Below, one piece after another: positions 1 through 11,480 of a DNA stretch of 64,000 nucleotides. Made by a program: the position numbers and the translations under genes. Below the pieces are notes generated by a model. That model did not search any database, was not told the DNA's origin, and was given only the letters and a program-made list of their open reading frames with translations. This DNA comes from Schizochytrium sp. TIO01 (taxonomy: Eukaryota > Protista > Bigyra: Labyrinthulomycetes), in the NCBI GenBank assembly GCA_004764695.1, contig SMSO01000031.1:6306761-6370760 (forward strand), given 5' to 3'. Numbering within the stretch: the stretch's first letter is position 1; each line of letters starts with the position of its first letter.

Positions 1-2
1 TG

Positions 3-956
3 TCCCACGGTGCATATCCATTCATCAGGGATGTCTCTCCATTTGTACCCTCAAAGGACCTCGCCCAACCTCCAGACTTCACTGACGCGGAAGGCAACAT
101 TAAGGAAGACCGGTTCGGACGACCAATCGTATTGCCTAAGTATCAACTTCTTCCGACTTATTTTGATATTGATAAATCACGCGGGGTGACGATTCGAAAC
201 GACATTGATGGTTTGCGCCCAGCCTCGCGCTTCCCAGAGCTTTATGATTCTATCGCACGTCTTTTTCGGGTAATGCTACCCCGAATTGAGGCAACTCTCT
301 CGTATGTACGTTGGTTTCAGGCAGCAACTAAAAATGATTCTGATTTTGATCCTGCAACGGGCGCAAATATCCCCCTTGAACGAATTGATCTTACAGGGCG
401 TTCTCTTCAAGTCATTACCAAGATAGTGGATTATGAGCTGCAACCTGGGCAGTTCTATGACACTCAGTGGAGCGTCAAGGCTATGTTTCACGAGAGAGTT
501 GCTGTTCGTTGCTTCTTTGTACTGGACCGAGACGAAGCTTTGACAGGCGCAAATGTTCTTTTTCGCCGCTGGTACTTGCCCAAAGAAATGGACTTCTTAG
601 CTCAACACTTTGGGTTTATGCAGGGTAAGGGCTCGTTGGGTTTGATCAACAGCAAATTTATCCCGTTGGGACGTGTATCGACTCCGGCTGGCCGGGCCAT
701 TGTGTTCCCTGCTACGCACATGATGACCGTGGATCGTCTTAAAAATACCTCTGACAAGGTCGCCAGATGTCGAATGGTGGCGTTTTTCATTGTAGATCCA
801 GACCATCGCATTGTATCTACGCAGGAGGTACCAGATCAAAGCTCGATGCTATCCGAGGAAGACACTATGGAACATCTTAATGCTCTTTTTAAAGAACGTA
901 AGATGTACCAAGAGGACCCGGGGATCTTCTTGGACTACCTTAGTGGTGTTATTTAA
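3..956 (+). CDS. DUF4246-like (2OG-Fe(II) oxygenase-fold) protein, 5'-truncated by the window edge; paralog of 3199..5106
   Basis: The frame is open from base 3 (SHGAYPFIRDVSPFVPSKDL...) into ORF 132..956. It carries DUF4246-type motifs YQLLPTYF, GRSLQVITKIVDYELQPG, LGRVSTPAGRAIVFP and FFIVDPDHRIVSTQEVPDQ, collinear with the downstream paralog. Confidence 0.8.
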   Translation, partial: SHGAYPFIRDVSPFVPSKDLAQPPDFTDAEGNIKEDRFGRPIVLPKYQLLPTYFDIDKSRGVTIRNDIDGLRPASRFPELYDSIARLFRVMLPRIEATLSYVRWFQAATKNDSDFDPATGANIPLERIDLTGRSLQVITKIVDYELQPGQFYDTQWSVKAMFHERVAVRCFFVLDRDEALTGANVLFRRWYLPKEMDFLAQHFGFMQGKGSLGLINSKFIPLGRVSTPAGRAIVFPATHMMTVDRLKNTSDKVARCRMVAFFIVDPDHRIVSTQEVPDQSSMLSEEDTMEHLNALFKERKMYQEDPGIFLDYLSGVI

Positions 957-3198
957 CTATAATTTATCCTGCTTGAACGCCGTGAAGCACTTTTTATATG
1001 TTGGTCGGTCTACATTTCCTCAAAGGTGTTCTCTTCCCCGCATTAAAGAATAAAAAAAATTAAATTATTAATACTACCACTCATTTTGAGATTACTCCTT
1101 CTGTCTTTTTCTATAAGAGGTGGTCAGGCAATCAATTAAATTCCGGGGCCTTCTGTTCTGCTTGCAAAGTATCTCATTTTTGTCTGGGTCATCATGGCCA
1201 TATAACAATTCAACCACGTATTACTTAGCGATTGAAAATAAAGTGATTGGTAGATCAGATAATTTGTCTGTGCTTTTGCTGCGCCGACATTTGCAACACA
1301 ACTATGTCATTATTAAATGGAGTGTAACTTACAATCGCTCATTGCAGCATACAGCATGAAACAAACGCTCATAGTTCACAGGAATGTTTCAGCATCAGCA
1401 TTAGACTTGGCGACAGTCCGGCGAATTAAGAGGGACTACAGAAGATCTCTCCACTGTGTTTCGACGCTTCTTCTTTTCCTTAACTCCCAAAGATCTGCTC
1501 AAGTTCTCTTGTTCAGTCTTCTTATTCAGTCTTTTATTGTCTAGTCTCAGCCTGCTCTCTACAGGTCTAAAACTACTACCGCGTGGGCTCTATTTCCATA
1601 GCACCGAAATCATAGTTCTCTGAGACTATCCAGATTAAAGGAGCCCCAGTAGATTGAACTACAGATTTGCCAAGTCCAGGCACAGGAAAACCACAGCTGA
1701 ATAAACAAAGATGGACTCGCCTTCAAAGCACTAGTATATTTCAGATCACCTTGTGCTTCGAGATAGCTTCTTATCGGGTCACACGGAGTCCGCCTTTTAT
1801 ACTGCGTATTTCAGAGCAGCCTCTCTTTCTTTGTTCTCCTGCGCCTCGAAAGCTCGCACTTCCCCTTCTCTGTACGACCTTGAACACCGCTGACGCTGCC
1901 CAGCTCGCTTCATAATTACTCACTATTATTCCTTGTACTTGATCATCTCCAGGTCGAAAGTCTCCACAATTGACACTTCAAGCAACAGCTTGACCTCGAT
2001 CTCCTATCGTTATCCACGAAGCTCTGCAGTGCCGCTTGCGATTTCGCATTGTTGGGTCGGTCGTCCATGGTTGATTTTTTGTGTTAGTTAAATTCGTCCT
2101 CAACTTTTGTACGCTACAAGCTCACACTACAGCCTGCATTTCCTCTCTGTTCATTATCTCCAAGCTCAAAATAACCACGGTCAAATTGTTGCCCTTGCCA
2201 ATAACCTCTTGCGCCGCCCTTCTGCACGATGACGCTCTTTATTGTAATCCCAATGTGCCAGCAAGATGACGAACAAAGGCGATCTGAGTGGACTGACCTC
2301 CTCCAAAAGAAGTACGTTGTTTTCATGCAATGCACAGTTTAGAGTCTTGGAGGCAACAAAAATAGACGACGGCCAGTCAAGACAAAGATGTATGCAGTGC
2401 TAATATCTTAAAAACCAACTACAATGATCAGTAGACTGCAGAATTTAGAGCATGGCAAAGTCGCGATCGCTGCGAGTGGTTTCTGCTTTACCATTCTCCA
2501 CTGTACCTATGGTATGGGCGGGGTAGAGACAAACATGCTGTGTCCCCAACTCTTTCTCGATTCTCTATATATTGGGCGCCTCTGATTCCTTCGTTGCACA
2601 GGTGCTCTGGAGGTCCTAGGGAAGCCTTCATAAGTTGACTTTGAGAGCTATTGAGAGGTGCTATTGAGCGTTTGGAACCAAATAATGGGCATATATGCAA
2701 GTGTTGGTAAACCTAAGTCCTTCGGGTACGTCATCGGAGCTTAGAGGATGGCGGTGGTGGCTTGCGGCAGGAGCCGTGTTCACTACTAACTGGCACGGCG
2801 TATTATACATCTTATACAGAGAATATGCATGGAATTAGGTAATATGAGCGCACTCGCACTGACTTTTTTCTTAATTCTTCTCTCTTTTATTCTTTATTCT
2901 TCTTTCTTTATTCTTTTTTTCTTTTCTTGTTCTTATTTCTGTTGTTCATTCGTTTGTGATTCAACCAAATCAGCGAAAGCAAGCAATATGAAATCGCGAA
3001 AGCCTCGTTTGCAAACCTCAGGTTGTGGGCACTGTCAGTCGCAGCAAAGGGATTTTTTGTGCTACAACAGGCCCGGTTGGAGGGGAGGGCAGACCTTATT
3101 TGGCTGCGCAGCGATCCACAAATCGATGTCTGACGGGGTTTGAGTGTCTCGTCTGTGTGCGTTTAAGGAAACCCTCAAAAATCTGAGAACCTAGCGCT

Positions 3199-5106
3199 AT
3201 GGAGGACGCACAGAGGCCTTTGAAGAGAGCCCGGGGCGATGCGGGCATAGATGCGGAAATGAGGGAAGAACCATGGAGTATATCGTCTGGCCCAGGACTA
3301 CCCACATCGGTTCTTGATGCTATAATGCCTATGGTGGCGGCGTTCTTTTCACAAGCAGAAGCTCGAGCGCTGTTATCACCTGTATCGAAGGGCATGCGAA
3401 GAGCTGCCGCTCGAGCGACAACAGTGACCGTAGAGATGACGACGCAATATATACGAGATGTTGTAGATGTTGCGAAAAGAAGCAACTTTCTCCCTCGTCT
3501 GGCGGCTCCTCATGAGGAAGGCAGTAATATCAAAGATGGCGGCGCTGCACCTGGTGATGATGATGAAGAAGGCGTTGTTTTTATGCCAGCAGCAGTAAGG
3601 TCCAGCAAAGATAATGATTTTATTGCAAGTCTTCAGCATGCTGTATCTCCATTTCCAAGAGGTGAAATCTGGAGACCGTTTGTACATTCAAGCAAGGTGC
3701 TAGAGATGGGCTTGTGCCAATGTGCTTTAAAGGTCATCGTCTTTGTTACACTAAACACACAGCAACTCGAGATCGCCTCATCCGGCAATGTCTCCATGCG
3801 CAATCTAAATGTTGGTGATTCGATCGCATTGCCGATGTTAAGACCCCAGGCTTTCCGCGATTTTGAGCAGTTAGATTGGGAGCTGCAAGATATTCGAGTT
3901 ATCCGAGTATCGCAAGAGCATGATTGCATCAAAGTCGCATTGAAAACTCCAGCGGACCTCGCTGAAACCGGCTCCTGGCGATTCAAAGCGCTGGGGTATT
4001 TTGATCTTGGCAAGGTTTTTGCCAAGCACCAGAATAAACCACCTTGCGATGGTCTTGTTTGGGCTGATGATGTAGTCCCCACTGATCTCATCGAACGTTT
4101 TAATAAACTTGTTGATGACTATGCTTTAGATCATCACCCGGAACCCCGACCTTTTACAGACAATGTAGCTGTCGATTATATTCATCCAGGTTTACCAATT
4201 TATGTCACTGGCGTTTCTCCATTTGTGCCATCAAAAGATCTTCCTAACGCACCTGTATATCCAGCCAACGGAGCATTTTCACCAAAATACCAAATGCTTA
4301 CCACTTACTTTGACATCAGTATGAATAAACAAGTTAGCATTCGTAACGATCTTGCTGGTTTGCGCCCGGCTGAAAAATACCCCGAAATGTACGAATGCAT
4401 TGCCCGAATTTTTCAAATGATGATTCCTCGTTTGGAGGCAGTTCTCAGCTCACACTATTGGTGGCGTAACTTTTATTGTGCTGACCGCTTCCTCGATGAG
4501 CAAGGCAAGCTTCTGGAGCATCGTTTGGAGCGTATTGATCTTGCCGGGCAGTCTTTACAGGTGATTGTTAACACTATGGAGTATATCTTACAGCCAGGTC
4601 AATCATTCAGTGTAGGAAACTGGCATGTAGGGGGTCTGGTATTCGAACGTATTGTTTTAAATTCCGTATATATGCTGGAGCGGGACGAAGGCATTGAGGG
4701 TGGTGACCTTCTGTTTCGTAGATTTATCATGCCCACTGAATCTAAATTCCTTCATGAGAAGTTCAAAGATGCATCACAAGATTTCCAGAACTTGTGGACT
4801 AAACCTTTAGTTCCCATTGGCCGCATGCAGACACCTGCGCATCGTTCTGTCGTGTTCCCTACAGGTCATTTGATGACTCCAACAACAATTAAAAACACGT
4901 CCAACAAAGTTGCGCGCTGTCGACTGCTAATTTATTTAGTTGCAGATCCGGATTCTACGGCCCTTTCCACACAAGAAGTTCCTGATCTCTCTCCCACATT
5001 TACGGTAGAAGAGTCTCGTGAAAATTTGCTAAATTTCTGGAAAGAGCGTCATGTCAACCAGCATGATTTAGCGAATTATTTAGACTACCTGACCAGGCTT
5101 ATGTAA
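3199..5106 (+). CDS. F-box-like + DUF4246-like protein
   Basis: 635-aa ATG ORF. N-terminal LPTSVLDAIMPMVAAFFSQAEARALLSPVSKGMRRAA is F-box-like. The C-terminal half has DYIHP, YQMLTTYF, SLQVIV, GNWHVGG, TPAHRSVVFP and LVADP..LSTQEVP. Confidence 0.8.
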   Translation: MEDAQRPLKRARGDAGIDAEMREEPWSISSGPGLPTSVLDAIMPMVAAFFSQAEARALLSPVSKGMRRAAARATTVTVEMTTQYIRDVVDVAKRSNFLPRLAAPHEEGSNIKDGGAAPGDDDEEGVVFMPAAVRSSKDNDFIASLQHAVSPFPRGEIWRPFVHSSKVLEMGLCQCALKVIVFVTLNTQQLEIASSGNVSMRNLNVGDSIALPMLRPQAFRDFEQLDWELQDIRVIRVSQEHDCIKVALKTPADLAETGSWRFKALGYFDLGKVFAKHQNKPPCDGLVWADDVVPTDLIERFNKLVDDYALDHHPEPRPFTDNVAVDYIHPGLPIYVTGVSPFVPSKDLPNAPVYPANGAFSPKYQMLTTYFDISMNKQVSIRNDLAGLRPAEKYPEMYECIARIFQMMIPRLEAVLSSHYWWRNFYCADRFLDEQGKLLEHRLERIDLAGQSLQVIVNTMEYILQPGQSFSVGNWHVGGLVFERIVLNSVYMLERDEGIEGGDLLFRRFIMPTESKFLHEKFKDASQDFQNLWTKPLVPIGRMQTPAHRSVVFPTGHLMTPTTIKNTSNKVARCRLLIYLVADPDSTALSTQEVPDLSPTFTVEESRENLLNFWKERHVNQHDLANYLDYLTRLM

Positions 5107-6001
5107 TGCTTCCTATGTACCTTAATTGTACCATTTGCCTAAACTGCCTCTAGAGAGACGGACTTAATTTTGTAATAGTAGACTTAACTTTTTCATGGCT
5201 CACAACTATATTCACCTCAGTTTCCTTTCCTTTGTTACCTAAAAAGGTCTGATGACTTGTTATTAACTCTGTTCCGCACTGACCACAAGTCATGCAACAA
5301 CTTTCCAAAGTCAATCTACGTGTCATTGCTCCTCGCTCTTGAAATGTTTCCTGTCATCTAGGTACCTGGATACTTAATCGTAAAGAGAATAGAGAAACTG
5401 TTTGAAACACGATTTAGAACGAATACAAGAGAATACTGGGCATTTATTATACATAGTCTTAACATTAACAGTACCCTACGTACTCAACAGAACAGCGTGC
5501 AGTGACGCGCGAGCGAGCAGATTCTGCACGTCGCACGGAGGCGTGGGTTTGATCTGGCAGAGTCGATCAACGAAGACGGTGAAGGCGATCAGAGCAAAAG
5601 CATCACTTCGAAGCAAGTCTGCATCGAGTTGGTCCGCGCTACTGTGGTTGCGGCGTCACTTTGAAGGGAAGACCTCTTGCCCGGCCCTTTCCCCTGGTTG
5701 GATCGCGGCTTTTGGTACGTAGAGGACAGTTCAGGTTCATCTGGCCTCAGCGAGGAGACGACACCGTTGCGAGGATCTTCTTGTTTACAACTCAATTTGG
5801 GTAATATCTTAAGCTGCCAAGGTCGATTGGAGTCTTAAGATTCTTTGATCTTGAAATCTTGTTAAGGTGTCAAGAGCCTTCAAGGATATTTTTTGAAACC
5901 AGATATCTTTGACGAGGTCCTCGTTAAAGTCGTCTTCAAGGCTATTGTAATTCAGTCCGAAGCAATCGATTGTGATCAAATCTTTAAACCCCAGAAACAC
6001 C

Positions 6002-6883
6002 ATGGATCTTGACGAGCTGTACTCCGTTAGAAACCTTTACTGGCTCGGCAACTACGAGGCTGCTATCGAGGAGGCTGACCAGATTTCTCCCAAGACCGAT
6101 CGTGAGCGCATCGACCGCGATGTTTACGTTTACCGTTCGTACATTGCCAAGGGTGAGGGCCAAAAGGTGATCCAGAAGGTGAGCGACCAGAACGCTGCTA
6201 CCGACATTCTTGCTGTCAAGCTTTATGCTTCGTATGTTACTCAACCCAGCAACCGTGAGGCTGTTCTCGGCACCTTTGGGGAGTGGCTCGTGGATGAAAC
6301 CTCCAAGGATAACCAAATGCTGCAGATCATGGCTGCATCTGCATTTGCTGATGCTGACGACACTAAGGAAGCTCTTCGCGCCCTTCGCGCCACTGGCAAC
6401 CTTGAAATCTCGGCTCTTCGTGTCCAGATTTACCTTGGCATGAACCGCGTTGACCTCGCCACCAAGGAGCTTGAAAGCATGCAAAGTCTTGATGATGACT
6501 CTGCTCTTACACAGCTTTCGCTTGCAAGGATTCACCTGGCTTCTGGCGGCGAGAAGTATCAAGAGGCTGCATACATCTACCAGGAGCAGATTGATAAGAC
6601 CATTGCAAGTGCCTTGCTTCTTAATGGTCTTGCCGCTAGTTACATGCAAATGAAGAAGTTTGGTGAAGCCGAGAAGTACCTCGAGGAGGCTTTGCAAAAG
6701 AGCCCGCAAGATGTCGATGTGCTCATTAACAGCATTTCATGCGCTGTCAACCTTCGCAAACCCATTAAACCCTTCCTCTCGGCACTCCGTGGTGCCGCAC
6801 CAAGCCACCCCTTGTTGTCTCAGCTTGACGCCTGCAAGGCCGAGTTCGCCCGTGTTGCTTCTGAGCACCAGATCCCTGCATAG
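6002..6883 (+). CDS. COPE: Coatomer subunit epsilon (epsilon-COP)
   Basis: MDLDELYSVRNLYWLGNY N-terminus, ERDVYVYRSYIA-type motif, DDDSALTQLS and YQEAAYIYQE; TPR-like helical protein of about 293 aa with strong codon bias. First ATG at 6002. Confidence 0.95.
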   Translation: MDLDELYSVRNLYWLGNYEAAIEEADQISPKTDRERIDRDVYVYRSYIAKGEGQKVIQKVSDQNAATDILAVKLYASYVTQPSNREAVLGTFGEWLVDETSKDNQMLQIMAASAFADADDTKEALRALRATGNLEISALRVQIYLGMNRVDLATKELESMQSLDDDSALTQLSLARIHLASGGEKYQEAAYIYQEQIDKTIASALLLNGLAASYMQMKKFGEAEKYLEEALQKSPQDVDVLINSISCAVNLRKPIKPFLSALRGAAPSHPLLSQLDACKAEFARVASEHQIPA

Positions 6884-8219
6884 ATACTTTTTTTAGATTC
6901 AAGCAAGTCTTACTGACCTCTTGCTTGCTCACTCTCATCCCTTCCCTCGCAAATTAAAGTTATGAAACAAAATAATAAAAGGTACTCTACTGCCCTGTCT
7001 ATTTCAAGATTTTAGTTCTTTTGCTTTTCCCATTGCATTTTGCAGATAACTCCTTGTTTGTGCTTCATTCCATTGTACCTATGATGCTCTTATGCACTCA
7101 AAACTACCATTGGTGCTGAGTGTTTAGGCGTGCTACTGTCCAGGGTAAGGTGCTGACTTTGTTTAGCTATCTTAAGTCGCAATATGTAAAATAACTTCGA
7201 CTTTGTGGTATCAGTCCACCATAAGTCTTAGTAGACCTTGAAAGTATGGAATGTATCATTCAGGAAGAGACTATCGAAGTATAATGGAATAATAAACGGG
7301 AAAGCTAGAAAACCTTTTTGCAATTTTAATGATTTTGTCTTCGAGAAGGGTGGTATTGCTGAAACGACGGGAACATAGCTATGCCCGCCGAGTCCGGCGC
7401 ATCAGGAGATCTACTTTCTCGCATTTGATCTACTACAGGTCACTGGAAGTCGGGAGTGTATATGAGAAGGGAGAACAAGGAGAGAGAAGAAAGCACACAC
7501 ATAGCGTCTGCAAGACTTCGAACTTCGCACATTGGGATGTCAAGGCTGCTTGTACGGTTCCCACAAGCGCTCAAACTCATGTGACCCGGCTAATCTGGCG
7601 GTCTCTCTCGAATGATGTTAGTCCATATTTTTTTAATTATTCTGTTTTTCATGTTATCTTCTTTTTGAGTTGTTTGTGTTCGAAGGATTGCGGTCTGTTC
7701 GAAGGGCCAATAGGCAAGGTCACGAGTGCTGAAGTCACAAAAGGAGAACGTTAAAACGTAACAAAACCATGCAGGTGACATGAGTAGTGTGCGTTGTCAA
7801 GTGTTGAGTTCGAAAGTAAACCCCTTTCAAAGGATAAACCCGTACGCATACACGAGCGGCGCTCAAAGCAGTTGCAAAGGAGATCAAGTTATCCCCCAGC
7901 TCGCAAACCAAATTAGCCCATCCATTCATGACAAACAAACAAACGAAGGCAATCCATGATAGTCTGCAGGCAAAGATAATGAGCATGAGCAAAAGGAATC
8001 AGTGTCGAACAATTGGATAATGATATGCCCGAATCGCAGGCGGTGATAGGCGTCGCAGCCAACATCGTGGTGCTTGTGCATGAACAAAATTTTACACAGG
8101 CAGATGTCAGTGCGTCGGCCAAGGGCCCGAAGGCCAGGAGGTCAGTATGACGTCCTATCTAAGATACCTTTTTTTGTTTGAAAGGACAAGCTATAGCTTC
8201 AAGATACTTCGAAAATATC

Positions 8220-8807
8220 TTAAAGAGCTACGCCCTTGCTGGGACCGGGACCACCGGGAGTCTCAACAGGGTCCTTCTTGTTGTAGGTCTTCTTGCCCCA
8301 GGAAACCGGGACATATTTGTGCTTGATCATGTGCGCGATCTGCTTGCGCATGGTCATGACGAAGAGGAGGATGAAGTAGATGAGCAAAATGGGCCAAAAC
8401 ACGGGAATATCAAAGAATTTGAAGAAGGTCATAAAGATCGAGGCCACAACAGCATTCGTGGAGCTATTCCAGAACTTGAACTCAGGCACGCGGCGGGTAA
8501 AAGGGCGGTACTCCTCGCCATCACGCGTGGCACTAGGCAAGACGGGGCCGTCCGTCTCGGGGTCGACTTGCGGCGAGAGGAACCCAATAAAGAGGTTGAG
8601 AAGATAAATGCCGAGACCGTAGGTGATGATAAACCAGCCGTTCAAGAAGTACACGCGGATGAGATAAAAGACAAGAAGGCCGACGAAGATGGACCACCGA
8701 GTCTTCAAATAAACAGTGGACTTGTCGAGCATGTGCTGGTAACGCCTCCCGGCCTGAGCCACAAACTTCTCAAGGGCCGACGGCGAACGCGGCTCGCCTG
8801 ACTCCAT
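8220..8807 (-). CDS. RER1: RER1 Golgi-to-ER retrieval receptor
   Basis: YQHMLDKST, YGLGIYLLNLFIGFLSPQVDP, EYRPFTRRVPEFKFW, FDIPVFWPILLIYF and TMRKQIAHMIKHKYVP are hallmark Rer1 motifs. Confidence 0.97.
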   Translation of the reverse strand: MESGEPRSPSALEKFVAQAGRRYQHMLDKSTVYLKTRWSIFVGLLVFYLIRVYFLNGWFIITYGLGIYLLNLFIGFLSPQVDPETDGPVLPSATRDGEEYRPFTRRVPEFKFWNSSTNAVVASIFMTFFKFFDIPVFWPILLIYFILLFVMTMRKQIAHMIKHKYVPVSWGKKTYNKKDPVETPGGPGPSKGVAL

Positions 8808-8971
8808 CTTGCTTGTGCAGACGGTTATATCACCTATACAGAGCGGGTCGCGCCTGTCCTGGTCCTATACAAGATACCGGAGCTGCCTTCCTGTTTGACA
8901 GCTAGGGCGCCGACCAGAAGAAGGTTTCGAAGCGCAAGAATCCTCCCTCGAGAGCTCCACGTCGACGGAAT

Positions 8972-8972
8972 C

Positions 8973-9013
<41 letters not shown>
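8972..9013. repeat. (CAA)14 microsatellite
   Basis: Perfect trinucleotide run about 165 bp upstream of the RER1 ATG. Confidence 0.97.
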
Positions 9014-9016
<3 letters not shown>

Positions 9017-10038
9017 ACTAACAACATTCTTTTAATTTATTCATTCATACATTCATTTAATCATTCATTTATTCATTCGTTCACTCAACTTCTCCATTAC
9101 TACTAAGGCTCTTTAGCTGCTTCTCTAGAGGTTTAGGCCATTGCAAAAACCAATATTTATTTATGATATTATTATTTTATCGATGAGTAATGAATGATTA
9201 TCATTTGTTAAAAATCAATCGATGAGGATTCCTTTACACACTAAAATCTTCAACCAAGATCGAAGGTATTCACTCTCACCGCAATCACTGCATCAAAGCA
9301 TGCACAGCCAGAGATCCTGAGGACCAGCACTTGCACCGAGGACGAGGTATCATCACAGTCCCCGCGCCAAGCGAGCTTATTGATAGATGATCGATACTCA
9401 AGGGTTGAACGACACAGGAAACGAACAATCAGTGGGGAAGAAGACGATTTGAGAACAAAAGAAAGAAAGAGAGAAAGAAAGAGAGAACAACAATCATCAC
9501 AGAACAGAGGAGAGTGGAACAGAACGAGTGGAACACGGCTATTCAGCACTACCGGAAGCAGTAGTAGGGCGCATATAGAACAGAAAGAACACTTGGAGAA
9601 AGAACAATTGGAGACGACTGCCAACGTGGCTAAACCCGTGCGGAAACGACTTTTGCTGCAGGACAGAGAAGAGGGTCAAAGCAACGTCGGAGACGGGAAA
9701 AGAAATCGAGGACGCATGGAATGCAAAGCTGAGGTCTACAGAGCATCTGCTCGAAGTAGTCACACGTGTGACTGATGTTTTGACGATTGTGCGCGGCGAC
9801 TTCAATGACGTGGTGTACACGGAGCACTGCCGTGTTTTTTTGTTTTTTGTTTTTTTTTCATCTAAATATAGTTAGTTATTTTTATAAAAGTAATGTTTTT
9901 AATGTTTTAACCGAATGAAAAAGCTCAAGTTTTTATAGCAGTGTATAAATTTGTGTATGTCTGTATGTATACCTTGGAAACTTATTTGCGAATGAGCGTA
10001 CATACATCTTCTACTCTGAGAAGTAGAAGATTTGGGGT

Positions 10039-10150
10039 GAAAAGCGTTACTCCGAAGAGGACAAATGACGCCACAACTCCGTTACGCTCGAGTACCTACC
10101 CACCGCCGAAGACATGAGAGTTACAGATGGTCCTCAGTGGAGAAATATGT
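10039..10150 (+). mobile_element. Possible decayed Ty1/copia RNase H C-terminal fragment
   Basis: The frame reads EKRYSEEDK*RHNSVTLEYLPTAEDMRVTDG, resembling the copia RNase H end (RYH..RE.V..G.I.LEYxPTxDMxAD), with an internal stop. No LTRs seen. Confidence 0.3.
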
Positions 10151-11480
10151 AGTAAACAGCCGACAAGAACTCAAAGACCACCCCTGCGTACATCAGCTTG
10201 GAATGGGGAACCAATGCCGCAAACTAATCAGCATAACAGCTGAAAGAATTGCATGAATGTACCACTGCTTCAAATGGAGCGAGCGCTAGAAACAGCTAAG
10301 TAGAGGACAGTTAACAGATACCTTGCATCAGGGTGTGTACCTCGATCTGTGCAGTTTGAATAGAAAACCTGAAGGGTGTGTATGCGTTGAAGATTTGAGT
10401 GAAAGAGGCATAAATTGAAGACAGGTTTAGATGACAATGGGAGTTAGATTACCTTTGCACTTTTATATTATATTAAAATGTTAGCTAGTGATAAATGAGT
10501 GAGTTAAATGCAATTTTGAGTGAACATATGCAAATGCGAGATTCGGTAATTCGAGTTGAAAAGAAATAGAATATGATGGGTTAAGGCTGGAACAACGAGA
10601 GCTGCTCAAGGAGCTAGACAGAAGTATATTTCCTAATTTAAGATCTCCAGAAACGATGTACGTCTGGATTCGGAAATAACAGCCTAACCTTAAGTGCTTG
10701 ATTTTTTACTTTGTGTAGCTAATCATAAAAACACACACATTAATTTTAAAGCTCGATGAAATTTGCAAACAAGAGCCCAGAAAGGCTAGAGGGTTTGTTT
10801 AGAAAAATATGCTTGAAGTCTTGCTCGTTCGGATATATCTTGTTCTCAGTACCCTTTTTCTTTTTGCGTCGAATGACCAGTCGTTAATGTGAAATCTGGT
10901 GGTGACATTGGGTGTTTCGATCAGCAAAACGAAAATTAGGCATCGCTTGTTTCCAATTAAATCAGCATGGTAAATAAACTTTCATGTTGAATGAGTAAAC
11001 AAAGGCCATGAATAAAATCCTAGGTTCTTGCACAGAAAAAGGAAATGAAGAATCCAATTGAACACTACTTGACCGTATTGTAAAGTTTCGAGTGTCATAA
11101 AATCAACATTCTGCCCATATCTATCTGCGTACAACCATTACATATACATAAGAGATATTAAAACCTCAGGATCAAAATCTCAACTCAGTATGCAGTACTC
11201 TGTAGCTTTCTTGACTGGCCGAAGCAATTCGCTCATTCCTACAATCAAGTCTTGCTTGTATCCTGGAGCGTATCTTACTATTTAGACTAGTACCCTCGTT
11301 AGAACAGATTAATGATCAACACAATTCAACATCTTGGACCACAACCAAACAAGATTGCCATTACTTGTTTCGTGGTGGACAGCCTTCAATCCAGCACAAA
11401 CAAAAGTAGCTAGCTCAGCAGAGGACTGAGCTCTGTCTTATTAAGCTTGGGCGGTGCAGAATAAACTCAGTTCGTCCAGA

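Noticed and set aside
5984-8801. Antisense ORFs opposite COPE (241 aa) and RER1 (207 aa)
   Set aside because: Same codon-bias shadow effect.
9250-9827. Overlapping 124-131 aa ORFs
   Set aside because: They arise from purine-rich GA repeats in a promoter-like region and contain no motifs.
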